Of a stretch of DNA of 49,921 bases, positions 18,554 to 27,121 are shown piece by piece. Numbering within the stretch: the first letter of the stretch is position 1; each line of letters begins with the position of its first letter. The position numbers were made by a program, and so were the translations under genes. The notes under the pieces are model-generated. The model had not been told where the DNA came from, ran no database searches, and was given only the letters and a program-made list of their open reading frames with translations. Source of the DNA: Patescibacteria group bacterium (GTDB lineage: Bacteria; Patescibacteriota; Patescibacteriia; Patescibacteriales; UBA12465); NCBI GenBank assembly GCA_050943055.1, contig JBMNOL010000006.1, positions 1-49,921 on the forward strand, written 5' to 3'.

Positions 18554-20053
18554 ATGAACTATGACGTTATTATCGGCCTCGAAATTCATGCCGAATTACT
18601 CACCAAAAGCAAGATGTTTTGTGCTTGCGACAATGATGCCGACGGCAAAAAACCAAATACCACCGTTTGCCCCATTTGTTTAGCTCATCCTGGCACCCTG
18701 CCACAACCAAACAAACGAGCAATTGAATTGGTAATTTTGGCCGGTTTGGCTACCAATTGCGAAATTAGCACTTACTCTAAATTTGATCGGAAAAATTATT
18801 TTTATCCTGATTTACCGAAAGGTTACCAGATATCTCAGTATGACCAACCGTTATGCCGCAACGGTCGTTTAGAAACAGCGTTGGGACCAGTGGCTATTAC
18901 GCGCATTCATCTAGAGGAAGATACCGGTAAATCCAGCCACCCAACCGACAAGGATTATTCTTTATTAGATTTTAATCGCGCCGGAACCCCGCTTTTGGAA
19001 TTAGTCAGCGAGCCCGTTATTAGGAGTGCCGCCCAAGCAAAAGATTTTTGTCAGCGCTTTCAACAGTTATTGCGCTACTTAAAAATTTCTCAAGCAGATA
19101 TGGAAAAAGGTCAGATGCGTTGCGAGGCCAACATTAGCTTACAAGAACCAGGAACTTGGGAATATAAAGATGGAGCGATAATTTCTTTAACTAAAAATAA
19201 AAAATTAAACCCGAAAGTTGAAGTAAAAAATATTAATTCTTTTAAGGCGGTTGAGAAAGCGATTAACTACGAAATTGAACGCCAAGAAAAATTATTGGCC
19301 AAGGGGGAGACGATTAAAGCGGAAACGCGCGGTTGGGATGACAAAAAGAATCAGACCAAGCCGCAACGGTTAAAAGAAAGCGCCGCCGATTATCGCTATT
19401 TCCCCGAACCCGATATTCCACCATTAGAAATTAGCCCCGAATGGATTAAAAAAATTGCTCAAGAAATCGGCGAATTGCCGGAAGAAAAAATTAACCGCTT
19501 TATCAAACAATACGGTTGGCGCCGCGATCAAGCGGAATTAATTGTCGCTGACGAAGATTTATCTGATTTTACCGAACAAGCAATCTCAGAAGCTGAAGCT
19601 TGGTTGGTCGCCCATCAAGACGGCAGCCATCGTGCGGATAAAAAACTAGCCGGGGCCATTGTTAATTGGGTCAGTAGCGAATTGCTTAAATTCTTGCGCG
19701 CCGATAATAAAAAGGTGTCCGAGCTGCTAATTACTCCGGAAAATTTTGGCCAGCTTGTTTGTTTAATTCAGCAAGGAAAAGTTAATTCCTCAACGGGACA
19801 AAAAATCTTAGAAAAAATGTATCAGCAGGGTGGCGATCCGGTCCAAATCATGACTGATTTAGGCTTAGAACAAGTTGATGACGAAGTCCTAATTAAAGAA
19901 ACAATTATTAAAGTTTTAAATGATTATCCGGAGCAGGCGGCTGATTACAAAAATGGCAAAACCGCCCTCCTCCAATTTTTTATCGGCAAAGTAATGGCGG
20001 AAACGCGCGGCCGCGCTAATCCCGAAAAAGTCAAAGCACTCTTAAAAAAATAA
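18554..20053 (+). CDS. gatB: Asp/Glu-tRNA amidotransferase subunit B
   Basis: IGLEIHAEL, FDRKNYFYPDLPKGYQISQ, HLEEDTGK, NRAGTPL and YRYFPEPD. Confidence 0.97.
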   Translation: MNYDVIIGLEIHAELLTKSKMFCACDNDADGKKPNTTVCPICLAHPGTLPQPNKRAIELVILAGLATNCEISTYSKFDRKNYFYPDLPKGYQISQYDQPLCRNGRLETALGPVAITRIHLEEDTGKSSHPTDKDYSLLDFNRAGTPLLELVSEPVIRSAAQAKDFCQRFQQLLRYLKISQADMEKGQMRCEANISLQEPGTWEYKDGAIISLTKNKKLNPKVEVKNINSFKAVEKAINYEIERQEKLLAKGETIKAETRGWDDKKNQTKPQRLKESAADYRYFPEPDIPPLEISPEWIKKIAQEIGELPEEKINRFIKQYGWRRDQAELIVADEDLSDFTEQAISEAEAWLVAHQDGSHRADKKLAGAIVNWVSSELLKFLRADNKKVSELLITPENFGQLVCLIQQGKVNSSTGQKILEKMYQQGGDPVQIMTDLGLEQVDDEVLIKETIIKVLNDYPEQAADYKNGKTALLQFFIGKVMAETRGRANPEKVKALLKK

Positions 20054-20060
20054 ATAAACT

Positions 20061-20088
20061 AAAAGCCATTCTTACGAATGGCTTTTTT
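20061..20088. terminator. Terminator after gatB (likely bidirectional)
   Basis: aaaagccattc-ttac-gaatggctttttt. Confidence 0.8.
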
Positions 20089-20170
20089 ATTTTTTTACCC
20101 AGGCTTAAACCCGAGTTTCCTCCCGCAATTCAGTCTTCCAACTCCAGCCATTTTGGCTGTATTCGTGTGA

Positions 20171-20635
20171 TTACGGCTGTCTAAAAACATAGCCGAAACA
20201 ACTTTCTCTTAAGTAATCAGGGACGTCATCTAATGTCCGGAAGTGGTCATCGCCAAAGATTACTAAGGATGGTTTCCCAAGGATGATTACTCTTTGGAGA
20301 TTCAAGCGATCAAGCCAAGAAAGAGTAAGCTCTTCCCTAAGTAAACAAGCAAGCTCTAAATTCACTGGCAGTAAATGAAGGGAAAAGGCCTCCGCCAAAA
20401 GCTCTTCTTTAGTTAAAGCTAAAGCTTTTGTCAGAGTTTTTTTTAGAATCACGAGATCCGATTTTTGTCCTTTTGCGATTTCAAACTTTAGTGACTTTAA
20501 AAGATTTTGAACTTCAATGCTTAAAATTTTACCTTGACTTTCCAATCTATTAATCCATTGTTCACCGGTAGTGCCATCGGAAGTCAAAGTCAGGTAAATC
20601 GCATGATTCTTTTCTATAAATTTTCCATTGGCCAT
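20171..20635 (-). CDS. Hypothetical protein
   Basis: 154 aa ORF with an upstream TTGACA-16-TATAAT promoter (20793-20766); no recognised motif. Confidence 0.6.
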   Translation of the reverse strand: MANGKFIEKNHAIYLTLTSDGTTGEQWINRLESQGKILSIEVQNLLKSLKFEIAKGQKSDLVILKKTLTKALALTKEELLAEAFSLHLLPVNLELACLLREELTLSWLDRLNLQRVIILGKPSLVIFGDDHFRTLDDVPDYLRESCFGYVFRQP

Positions 20636-20833
20636 TTGTTATCTTTTTTAAAATTACTCTTTCCGAGTCGGGACTGCACTCTCGTAGTCGCAGCTAAAAA
20701 ACGACTAGCCATTAATCATTTTTTAGCTGCGACCACCTTATTTTGTTAAAGATCTAGAGGTTACCATTATATTATTTACACCGCTTTTGTCAATTGTTAT
20801 TTTAGCTTTTTTAATCTAATTTAAGGATATTTT

Positions 20834-21766
20834 TTAAGCTTTTAACCATTTTTGCACAATAGCGACCGCCTCCTCTTCCCCGCTAACTTCAATCAATTCG
20901 CGCCCTTGCTTCGCCCAACGCTTGAACCAAGTTTTTTGCCGCTTAGCAAAACGATAAATAGCAGTACTTAGTTGTTCCACCATCGTCTCATAATCCATTT
21001 TTTCTTGAAGATACCAAGAAAGGTAACGGTACTCCAAACCAAAAGAATTTAAGCGCGCCGGGGTGACGCCGCTATCTAATAAGCGTTCCACTTCAGCCAC
21101 CAGACCTTCTTTTTGCAGACGTTCTTTTAAGCGTTTCTCAATTCGGGCGCGCATGGTGTCATCATCCGGATTTAAACTGAGAATCAAAAAATCATAAGCC
21201 GGTTTCTCTATTTTAGGAGTTACCCCTTGTTGATTTAGAGCGATTTCCAAATAACGAATGAGTCGACGCGGATTATTCCGATCACTATTATTTAAACGTT
21301 CAGCAAAATCAGGCTTTAGAGAATGAAGCTTTTGATAAAGTTCAGTTACTGACATTTTTTCTAAGGCCGCTCGGGTCTCAGGATTAGGAGCGGCGGGCGA
21401 CAAGACATAACCATCAATAATCGCCTGAAGATAAAGACCGGAGCCGCCAACCAGTAAAGGCAACTTCTCGCGGGTAATAATTTCGTCGATGGCTTTACTG
21501 GCATCAGCCTGATAGCGGGCGAGATTGTAATCTTCCATGGGTGCACAAACATCAATTAGATGACAGGGGATAGTCTGACCGGGAAGAGCATATTCGGCCA
21601 AATCTTTACCAGTGCCAATATCCATGCCCCGAAAAACCTGACGACTGTCAGCAGAAACAATCTCCCCGTCAAAACGAGCGGCGAGCTTGACCCCCAAAGA
21701 GGTCTTACCAGAAGCCGTTGGTCCAACAATTACTAAAACTTTAGGATTTTTGTTGACAATTGACAT
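20834..21766 (-). CDS. miaA: tRNA dimethylallyltransferase
   Basis: GPTASGKT, SADSRQVFRGMDIGTGK, VGGSGLY and FAKRQKTWF. Confidence 0.95.
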   Translation of the reverse strand: MSIVNKNPKVLVIVGPTASGKTSLGVKLAARFDGEIVSADSRQVFRGMDIGTGKDLAEYALPGQTIPCHLIDVCAPMEDYNLARYQADASKAIDEIITREKLPLLVGGSGLYLQAIIDGYVLSPAAPNPETRAALEKMSVTELYQKLHSLKPDFAERLNNSDRNNPRRLIRYLEIALNQQGVTPKIEKPAYDFLILSLNPDDDTMRARIEKRLKERLQKEGLVAEVERLLDSGVTPARLNSFGLEYRYLSWYLQEKMDYETMVEQLSTAIYRFAKRQKTWFKRWAKQGRELIEVSGEEEAVAIVQKWLKA

Positions 21767-21794
21767 ATATTTATAAGAATGCTAATATAATTGC

Positions 21795-21984
21795 CAATAG
21801 CATGGCTTGTTACTTATTGTTTTATGGTTATCTGGCGCTTCCTCCAACGCCGAAAAAATAAAACTATTCTACAAGAACAAGCCCAACACCGCTAGTGGTG
21901 CAAAAGCAGCGCCGCCAAAACCTCTTTTGCCAAGTACTTAAGGCGCCTGCTTTAGGGGGCTCAAATAATTTGAGCCCCTTTTTT
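21795..21984 (+). ncRNA. Candidate structured small RNA (or small-peptide transcript) between miaA and miaB
   Basis: Upstream TTGACA-17-TAATAT with TGn (21760-21788), multiple helices, and terminator ggggctcaaa-taa-tttgagcccc-T6 (21954-21984). Confidence 0.4.
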
Positions 21985-22025
21985 ATTTGTACTAATTTTT
22001 TAGACACTTAAAAAAGGGTGGATGA

Positions 22026-23333
22026 TTATTCAACCAGAGTACCATTAAGGCCAAATGGCAAAGCTTCTTTTATTAAAACGGTAACGAAATTGCCAATTAA
22101 ATCAGAGGCTTTAGCACTGGCCGTAAAAAATACGGTTTTATAATCCGCGCTTTTACCATAGTAACGGCCAGCCTTATTTTGACCATCAACCAAAACAGTT
22201 ACTGCCTTGCCAATTTTTTGCTGGCTATTTTTCAAACTGCTGATAATTAGCTTATCATTAAGAATTTTTTCCCGTCGCTTTTTTAAAAGCGAGGAAACAT
22301 TATCCGTCATTTTCCAAGAAGCGGTGCCTGGTCGCGGACTATATCGAGAAATATAGACCAGATCAAAATCAACTTCCGCAAACAATTTAACGGTATTGTT
22401 GAACTGCTCTTCCGTCTCTCCCGGAAAACCGACAATCACATCGGTAGTAATCGCCATATCGGGGCGAGCCGCTCGTAACTGAGCAATTAAGTCTTTAAAA
22501 TGGGCCACGGTATAATTACGGTTCATCGCTTTTAAAATTTCATCGTCACCCGACTGGACCGCCAAATGTAAATGATTAACCACTTTTTCCGAAGTGGCGA
22601 TAACCTTAATTAACTCCGGGCTTAAATCTTTGGGATGGCTGGAAGAAAAACGCACCCAAAAATCACCGGGCAAATCGGCAATCTCTTTTAACAGGCGCGG
22701 AAAATCATAAGTACCGCTACGGTAACTATTTACATTCTGAGCAATTAAATTTATCTCTTTATAGCCGGCGCTTAAAAGTTTTTTTACTTCGGCTAAAACC
22801 TCTACTGCCGGGCGATAAACTTCACGACCCCGAGCGTAAGGCACAACACAGTAAGAACAGAAGTTATCGCAACCATTACCAATCGGAACATAAGCGCGAT
22901 AAGTACTCTGGTAGCGAGCAGGAATCTTTAAATACTCCTCCCCGCACTCTTGACGCTCCGCCTCATAATCAAAATCTTCAGGGCGCACCGTTTTAGCGGC
23001 TAAGAGCGCTACTAATTCCGGCAAGCGGTTAATGTTCATAAACAGGTCAACCTGCCCTTTAAGGCGACGCTGGACGTCAGGACGGTAAGCTAAACAGCCG
23101 GTAATAACCACAACGGCTTGGGGATTCTTTTTTCGCAACTGATTAACGCGGCCATAAACCCGATCTTCCGCCGATTGCCGCACTCCGCAAGTAATAAAAA
23201 CTACCAACTGAGCGGTTTCCGCGTGAGCGCTTTCACTATAGCCATGGTTATCTAAATAAGAGGCCAGACGTTCACTGTCGGCTTTATTCATCTGACACCC
23301 AAGCGTGATTAAATGATAAGTATTGTTAGTCAT
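22026..23333 (-). CDS. miaB: tRNA-2-methylthio-N6-dimethylallyladenosine synthase
   Basis: LGCQMNKADSE, TCGVRQSAE, GCDNFCSYC, SHPKD, YSPRPGT and C-terminal TRAM domain. Confidence 0.93.
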   Translation of the reverse strand: MTNNTYHLITLGCQMNKADSERLASYLDNHGYSESAHAETAQLVVFITCGVRQSAEDRVYGRVNQLRKKNPQAVVVITGCLAYRPDVQRRLKGQVDLFMNINRLPELVALLAAKTVRPEDFDYEAERQECGEEYLKIPARYQSTYRAYVPIGNGCDNFCSYCVVPYARGREVYRPAVEVLAEVKKLLSAGYKEINLIAQNVNSYRSGTYDFPRLLKEIADLPGDFWVRFSSSHPKDLSPELIKVIATSEKVVNHLHLAVQSGDDEILKAMNRNYTVAHFKDLIAQLRAARPDMAITTDVIVGFPGETEEQFNNTVKLFAEVDFDLVYISRYSPRPGTASWKMTDNVSSLLKKRREKILNDKLIISSLKNSQQKIGKAVTVLVDGQNKAGRYYGKSADYKTVFFTASAKASDLIGNFVTVLIKEALPFGLNGTLVE

Positions 23334-25086
23334 TGTTTAAAGATTTTAATTGATACAAGGTAAAGTCGCGACCAATAAATTCTAACGGCTCTAACTGTAA
23401 ATCAAATTCAGGCAGGCGACTGGTATTTAAATAGTTTAAATCTTTGTCCGGATAAGTAAAGTTTAGATAATACACCGGATAATGAACCAGTAGTTTTTTT
23501 AAATAAGGATAATAGGACGACTCATGCATTAAGCCCATAATTACTGGTCTTTGCGGGAATAGCACTTTGTCGTGATACTGAGTCAAGATAATGGCCTCGG
23601 GCGGAGTTAATTCTAAAACAGTTTCACCAATCTGCCGATCGGCGGCCATGTTAAAAGACAAATTCGTTAAACTTTCTTCACCAGAAAAAACCAGAAAATT
23701 AAAAGAATAAGCAGCCACCGCCAAGTAAGCGACCAGTAAAGCCGTGCCGACCAGCCATTTATAAACACGCTGGCGACGGCAGAAAAAGAAAAGCCCGCGC
23801 GCTATCAGTTCCCAGCTCAGAGCGACTAAAGGCAGAGCCATTAAATAAATTGGCAGCCAATAACGGGTATAGGAATTACCGATTGTATGACTGGCGGCGT
23901 TAGGATTGTCAGTAAACCACCAAGAGCCGTAATATAAAACTAAGACTACTGATAAAAAAAGCCAGCACAAAAGGTAAACTAAATATTTCTTGGCCGGCTT
24001 TTTTATATTTAACAATAATAAAATTAAGCAGCCCAGGGCGGCAAAAATGGTTAGCCAAGGAAACATTTGGACAACGTAATAATTAAACATGTCCAAAGAC
24101 TGGTGAGGCTTAAAACCAAAATAAAAAACCGTGTCTTTTATCGTTTCTCCTAAATTAGTTAAAGCCGTTTTAAAAGCGGTTCCCGATTGAACGACAAAAT
24201 TATTGCCGGCCGCCGACAAGGTTTCGAGCGATCGATTCATTTCATTATAACCGCCGTAAAAAGGAGAATTATATAAGAGTTGGTTATAATAAAAAGTGGG
24301 CAAGAGTGCCAGAACTAAACCAACTAAAAAGAGCAAAATACGGCTAAAACCTAGCCGGCGCCAATAAAATAGGGCAATAATTCCTAAGACTGGCAAAAGC
24401 CAGATTATTTCCGAGGTTCGAGTCGCAATCGCCCCACCAAAGAAAAAGCCTGATAAAATTATCAAAATCCAACCTTTAATGGTGACCTTATTTGGTTTAC
24501 TCTTAAAAAAATTTTGTCTTAAGGGTTTATAGCGGTGATTAAGGGCCAAGGTCAGAAAATAAGCGCCGATAATTAACAGCACCAAAAACAAAACATTGTG
24601 AAACATGCTCCTTAAGGAGTAATAAAAATAAACCGGGAAAACAGCCAATAAGCCGGCTGAAAGTGCCGCAATTCGTTCTGAAAAAATCCGCCGCAAAAAC
24701 AGAAAGAAAAAAATAATCCCCAAGGCTCCGAAAAATGGCGTTAAATAAGGAATGATAATCGGACTAATTAAAGCCCCTAAATAGCCATAAAGAATAATTA
24801 AACCTAAGAAGCTGACTGGTTTTAGCCAACCAGCATCACTACGCATGCTTCGAGGCACGACGAGATCAGAAGCGACCACGTTAGCCTCCTCAAACTGTGC
24901 GATCTCTCCGGTAACGGCTAAGCGATTAGCAAAAAAATAATTAGCCGTTTCGTCAGGAGAGTTCCATTTTACTAGGCTTTCATGTTGGGTAGTGTAATTA
25001 AAGTAAGCGGTCCCAATAAAAAAAGCGACCGCCAGGAGAAGGACAGTAACAAAATAAGCGCTGGGAGTTTTTAGTCGCTTGGTCAT
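23326..25086 (-). CDS. Polytopic GT-C (PMT/GT39-like) glycosyltransferase
   Basis: More than 10 TM helices; SPDETANY acidic loop after TM1; RYWLPIY. Confidence 0.65.
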   Translation of the reverse strand: MTKRLKTPSAYFVTVLLLAVAFFIGTAYFNYTTQHESLVKWNSPDETANYFFANRLAVTGEIAQFEEANVVASDLVVPRSMRSDAGWLKPVSFLGLIILYGYLGALISPIIIPYLTPFFGALGIIFFFLFLRRIFSERIAALSAGLLAVFPVYFYYSLRSMFHNVLFLVLLIIGAYFLTLALNHRYKPLRQNFFKSKPNKVTIKGWILIILSGFFFGGAIATRTSEIIWLLPVLGIIALFYWRRLGFSRILLFLVGLVLALLPTFYYNQLLYNSPFYGGYNEMNRSLETLSAAGNNFVVQSGTAFKTALTNLGETIKDTVFYFGFKPHQSLDMFNYYVVQMFPWLTIFAALGCLILLLLNIKKPAKKYLVYLLCWLFLSVVLVLYYGSWWFTDNPNAASHTIGNSYTRYWLPIYLMALPLVALSWELIARGLFFFCRRQRVYKWLVGTALLVAYLAVAAYSFNFLVFSGEESLTNLSFNMAADRQIGETVLELTPPEAIILTQYHDKVLFPQRPVIMGLMHESSYYPYLKKLLVHYPVYYLNFTYPDKDLNYLNTSRLPEFDLQLEPLEFIGRDFTLYQLKSLNND

Positions 25087-25160
25087 ACCCTAAAAGCTTA
25101 TAGAAAAATACCCTTTTTAGCAAGAATTTGCTATATTTAGGCTTAGACACTTTTAATTTT

Positions 25161-27065
25161 ATGAAAAAGATAAAAAAAGCTATTTCGGAAAAGAATTTAC
25201 TGGCAATTTTAAGCTTAATCATGATTTTTGGTAGCTTAATCTATTTTTTCTATAAACTTAATGGACTCGGAGTAGCCCTAACTTTAATTCTTAGCGCCGG
25301 AACTTTCTACTTTATCCGCCCCTACTTAAAAATTACCCCCTGGCCAGTCTTGAGTCGGGAGCCTGAAGGAAAAATTGACTATTTTATTTTGGGTATTTTT
25401 ACACTGGCCACAGCTGCGGCCTGGACTTTTTTAATTAAAGGGCGAAGCGGCGCCGCCCTTATTTCCCCTTGGCAAACAGTTTCTCCTTGGCTATTTTTCG
25501 CTTACGCTCTTTCGACCTTTGCTCTCCTTACTTTACTTTTTCGCGCCAAAGCCAATAATCGGAACCGATGGCTACTGGGAGCCCATTACGCTCTTAGTTT
25601 CAGTGTTGCCGCCACAGTTTATAAAATTGGTTATGGGTTTGACCCTTTTATCCATCAGGCCAGCATGGAAATGATTACTCACCAGGGCTTTATTCTACCT
25701 AAAACCCCAATCTATTTAGGAGAATATTCCCTAATCACCATTATTTCTCGGTTCAGTGGCCTTAGTGTTTATCTCTTAAATAAATTTTTAGTTCCTGTAG
25801 CGGCAGCCTTACTATTACCCGGAGCGATTAAAACTTTAGGAGCTAGTCGCGGGCGCACGGTGGCCGCCCTCTTGGGTGGGTTACTGATTTTAATCTTCCC
25901 CTTTAGTTTCTTGACCGTTAGCACGCCGCAAAATTTTGCTTATTTATTTTTAATTTTAACTCTGCTCTACTCCCTATCAGGACAACGTTTTCTATCACTT
26001 CTTTTAGCCTTAGCCACCTTCGCGATTCATCCGATTGCCGGCCTACCAATTCTAAGTTTTTGGGCTTTTCGAGAACTTAACTACCGGCGCCACTTATTAA
26101 GCGCCCGCACCTTCAAGCGGCGCAGGCTGCTTACTTTTTTTGGCAGCTTGTTATCTCTCCCTCTAGCTTTTGCAATCATCAGCAACCAATCATTGCTAAA
26201 GTTGCGACTTTCACTTAATGGTTTTAAGTCCTTAGATTTTTGGCCGGCTTATAGTGGCAACCTTGCCCCTTTCTATTTAAACTTCCCCTACCTATTCACT
26301 TTTTTACTCTGGCCCGGTTTCATCGCTCTAGCAATTTATGGCGCCTATAGATGGCGAAACTTTGAAAATGAAAAATCCGCCACCTGGTTAACAATCGGCG
26401 CTTTAGCCGCGTCTTGGATGTTCACCGCCTCCCTATCTTTTGATTTTTTAATTGACTACGAACAAGCTGACTATCTCAATCGCCTTGTTTTAATGATCGC
26501 TCTTTTTATGTCACCCTGGGTACTGGCGGCTTTGGGCGATTTGGCGTCCCGGGCCCGAGAAAAAAATAACGCCGCCAAAATTACTTTTATCTTAGCCGGG
26601 ACTTTAATTATTACCAGCAGTTTTTATCTTTCTTACCCCCGACAAGACCAATTTGTGAATTCTCGTGGCTACAGCGTCTCGGAAGCCGATTTAGAAGCTG
26701 TGCGCTTAATAAACGAAGACGCGGCCGGGGCTGATTATGTCGTTTTAGCTAATCAACAAACCAGCGTTGCCGCTTTAAAAGAGTCCGGTTTTGGGCATTA
26801 CTTTGATACCCCTTCTGGCCCTGTTTTCTTTTACCCCATTCCCACCGGTGGCCCGCTCTATCAATATTATTTAGCTTGGGTTAACGAAGGGCCACAAGAG
26901 GCCATTATTGACGGCGTTAAAGATTTAACCCAGGCACAAAAAATCTATTTGGTAATCAATCGCTATTGGTATCGCAGCGATCGCTTAATTAGAGAAACTA
27001 GTTTAAAAGCTCTAGACTCTTGGGTGACTGGCGATAAAGAAGCCTATATTTTTCGCCTCCAATAA
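25161..27065 (+). CDS. Polytopic membrane protein, possibly GT-C fold
   Basis: Many TM helices, GFDPFIH loop and soluble C-terminal domain. ATG at 25161. Confidence 0.6.
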   Translation: MKKIKKAISEKNLLAILSLIMIFGSLIYFFYKLNGLGVALTLILSAGTFYFIRPYLKITPWPVLSREPEGKIDYFILGIFTLATAAAWTFLIKGRSGAALISPWQTVSPWLFFAYALSTFALLTLLFRAKANNRNRWLLGAHYALSFSVAATVYKIGYGFDPFIHQASMEMITHQGFILPKTPIYLGEYSLITIISRFSGLSVYLLNKFLVPVAAALLLPGAIKTLGASRGRTVAALLGGLLILIFPFSFLTVSTPQNFAYLFLILTLLYSLSGQRFLSLLLALATFAIHPIAGLPILSFWAFRELNYRRHLLSARTFKRRRLLTFFGSLLSLPLAFAIISNQSLLKLRLSLNGFKSLDFWPAYSGNLAPFYLNFPYLFTFLLWPGFIALAIYGAYRWRNFENEKSATWLTIGALAASWMFTASLSFDFLIDYEQADYLNRLVLMIALFMSPWVLAALGDLASRAREKNNAAKITFILAGTLIITSSFYLSYPRQDQFVNSRGYSVSEADLEAVRLINEDAAGADYVVLANQQTSVAALKESGFGHYFDTPSGPVFFYPIPTGGPLYQYYLAWVNEGPQEAIIDGVKDLTQAQKIYLVINRYWYRSDRLIRETSLKALDSWVTGDKEAYIFRLQ

Positions 27066-27077
27066 AAGATAAAAAGC

Positions 27078-27108
27078 AACCGCGTCTTTTTAAGAGACGC
27101 GGTTTTTT
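27078..27108. terminator. Terminator between convergent genes
   Basis: aaccgcgtct...agacgcggtttttt. Confidence 0.75.
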
Positions 27109-27121
27109 CGTGAGGAAAAGG

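Noticed and set aside
18554-20053. gatB without adjacent gatA/gatC as a novel system
   Set aside because: Split gat genes are common and the partners may lie outside the window.
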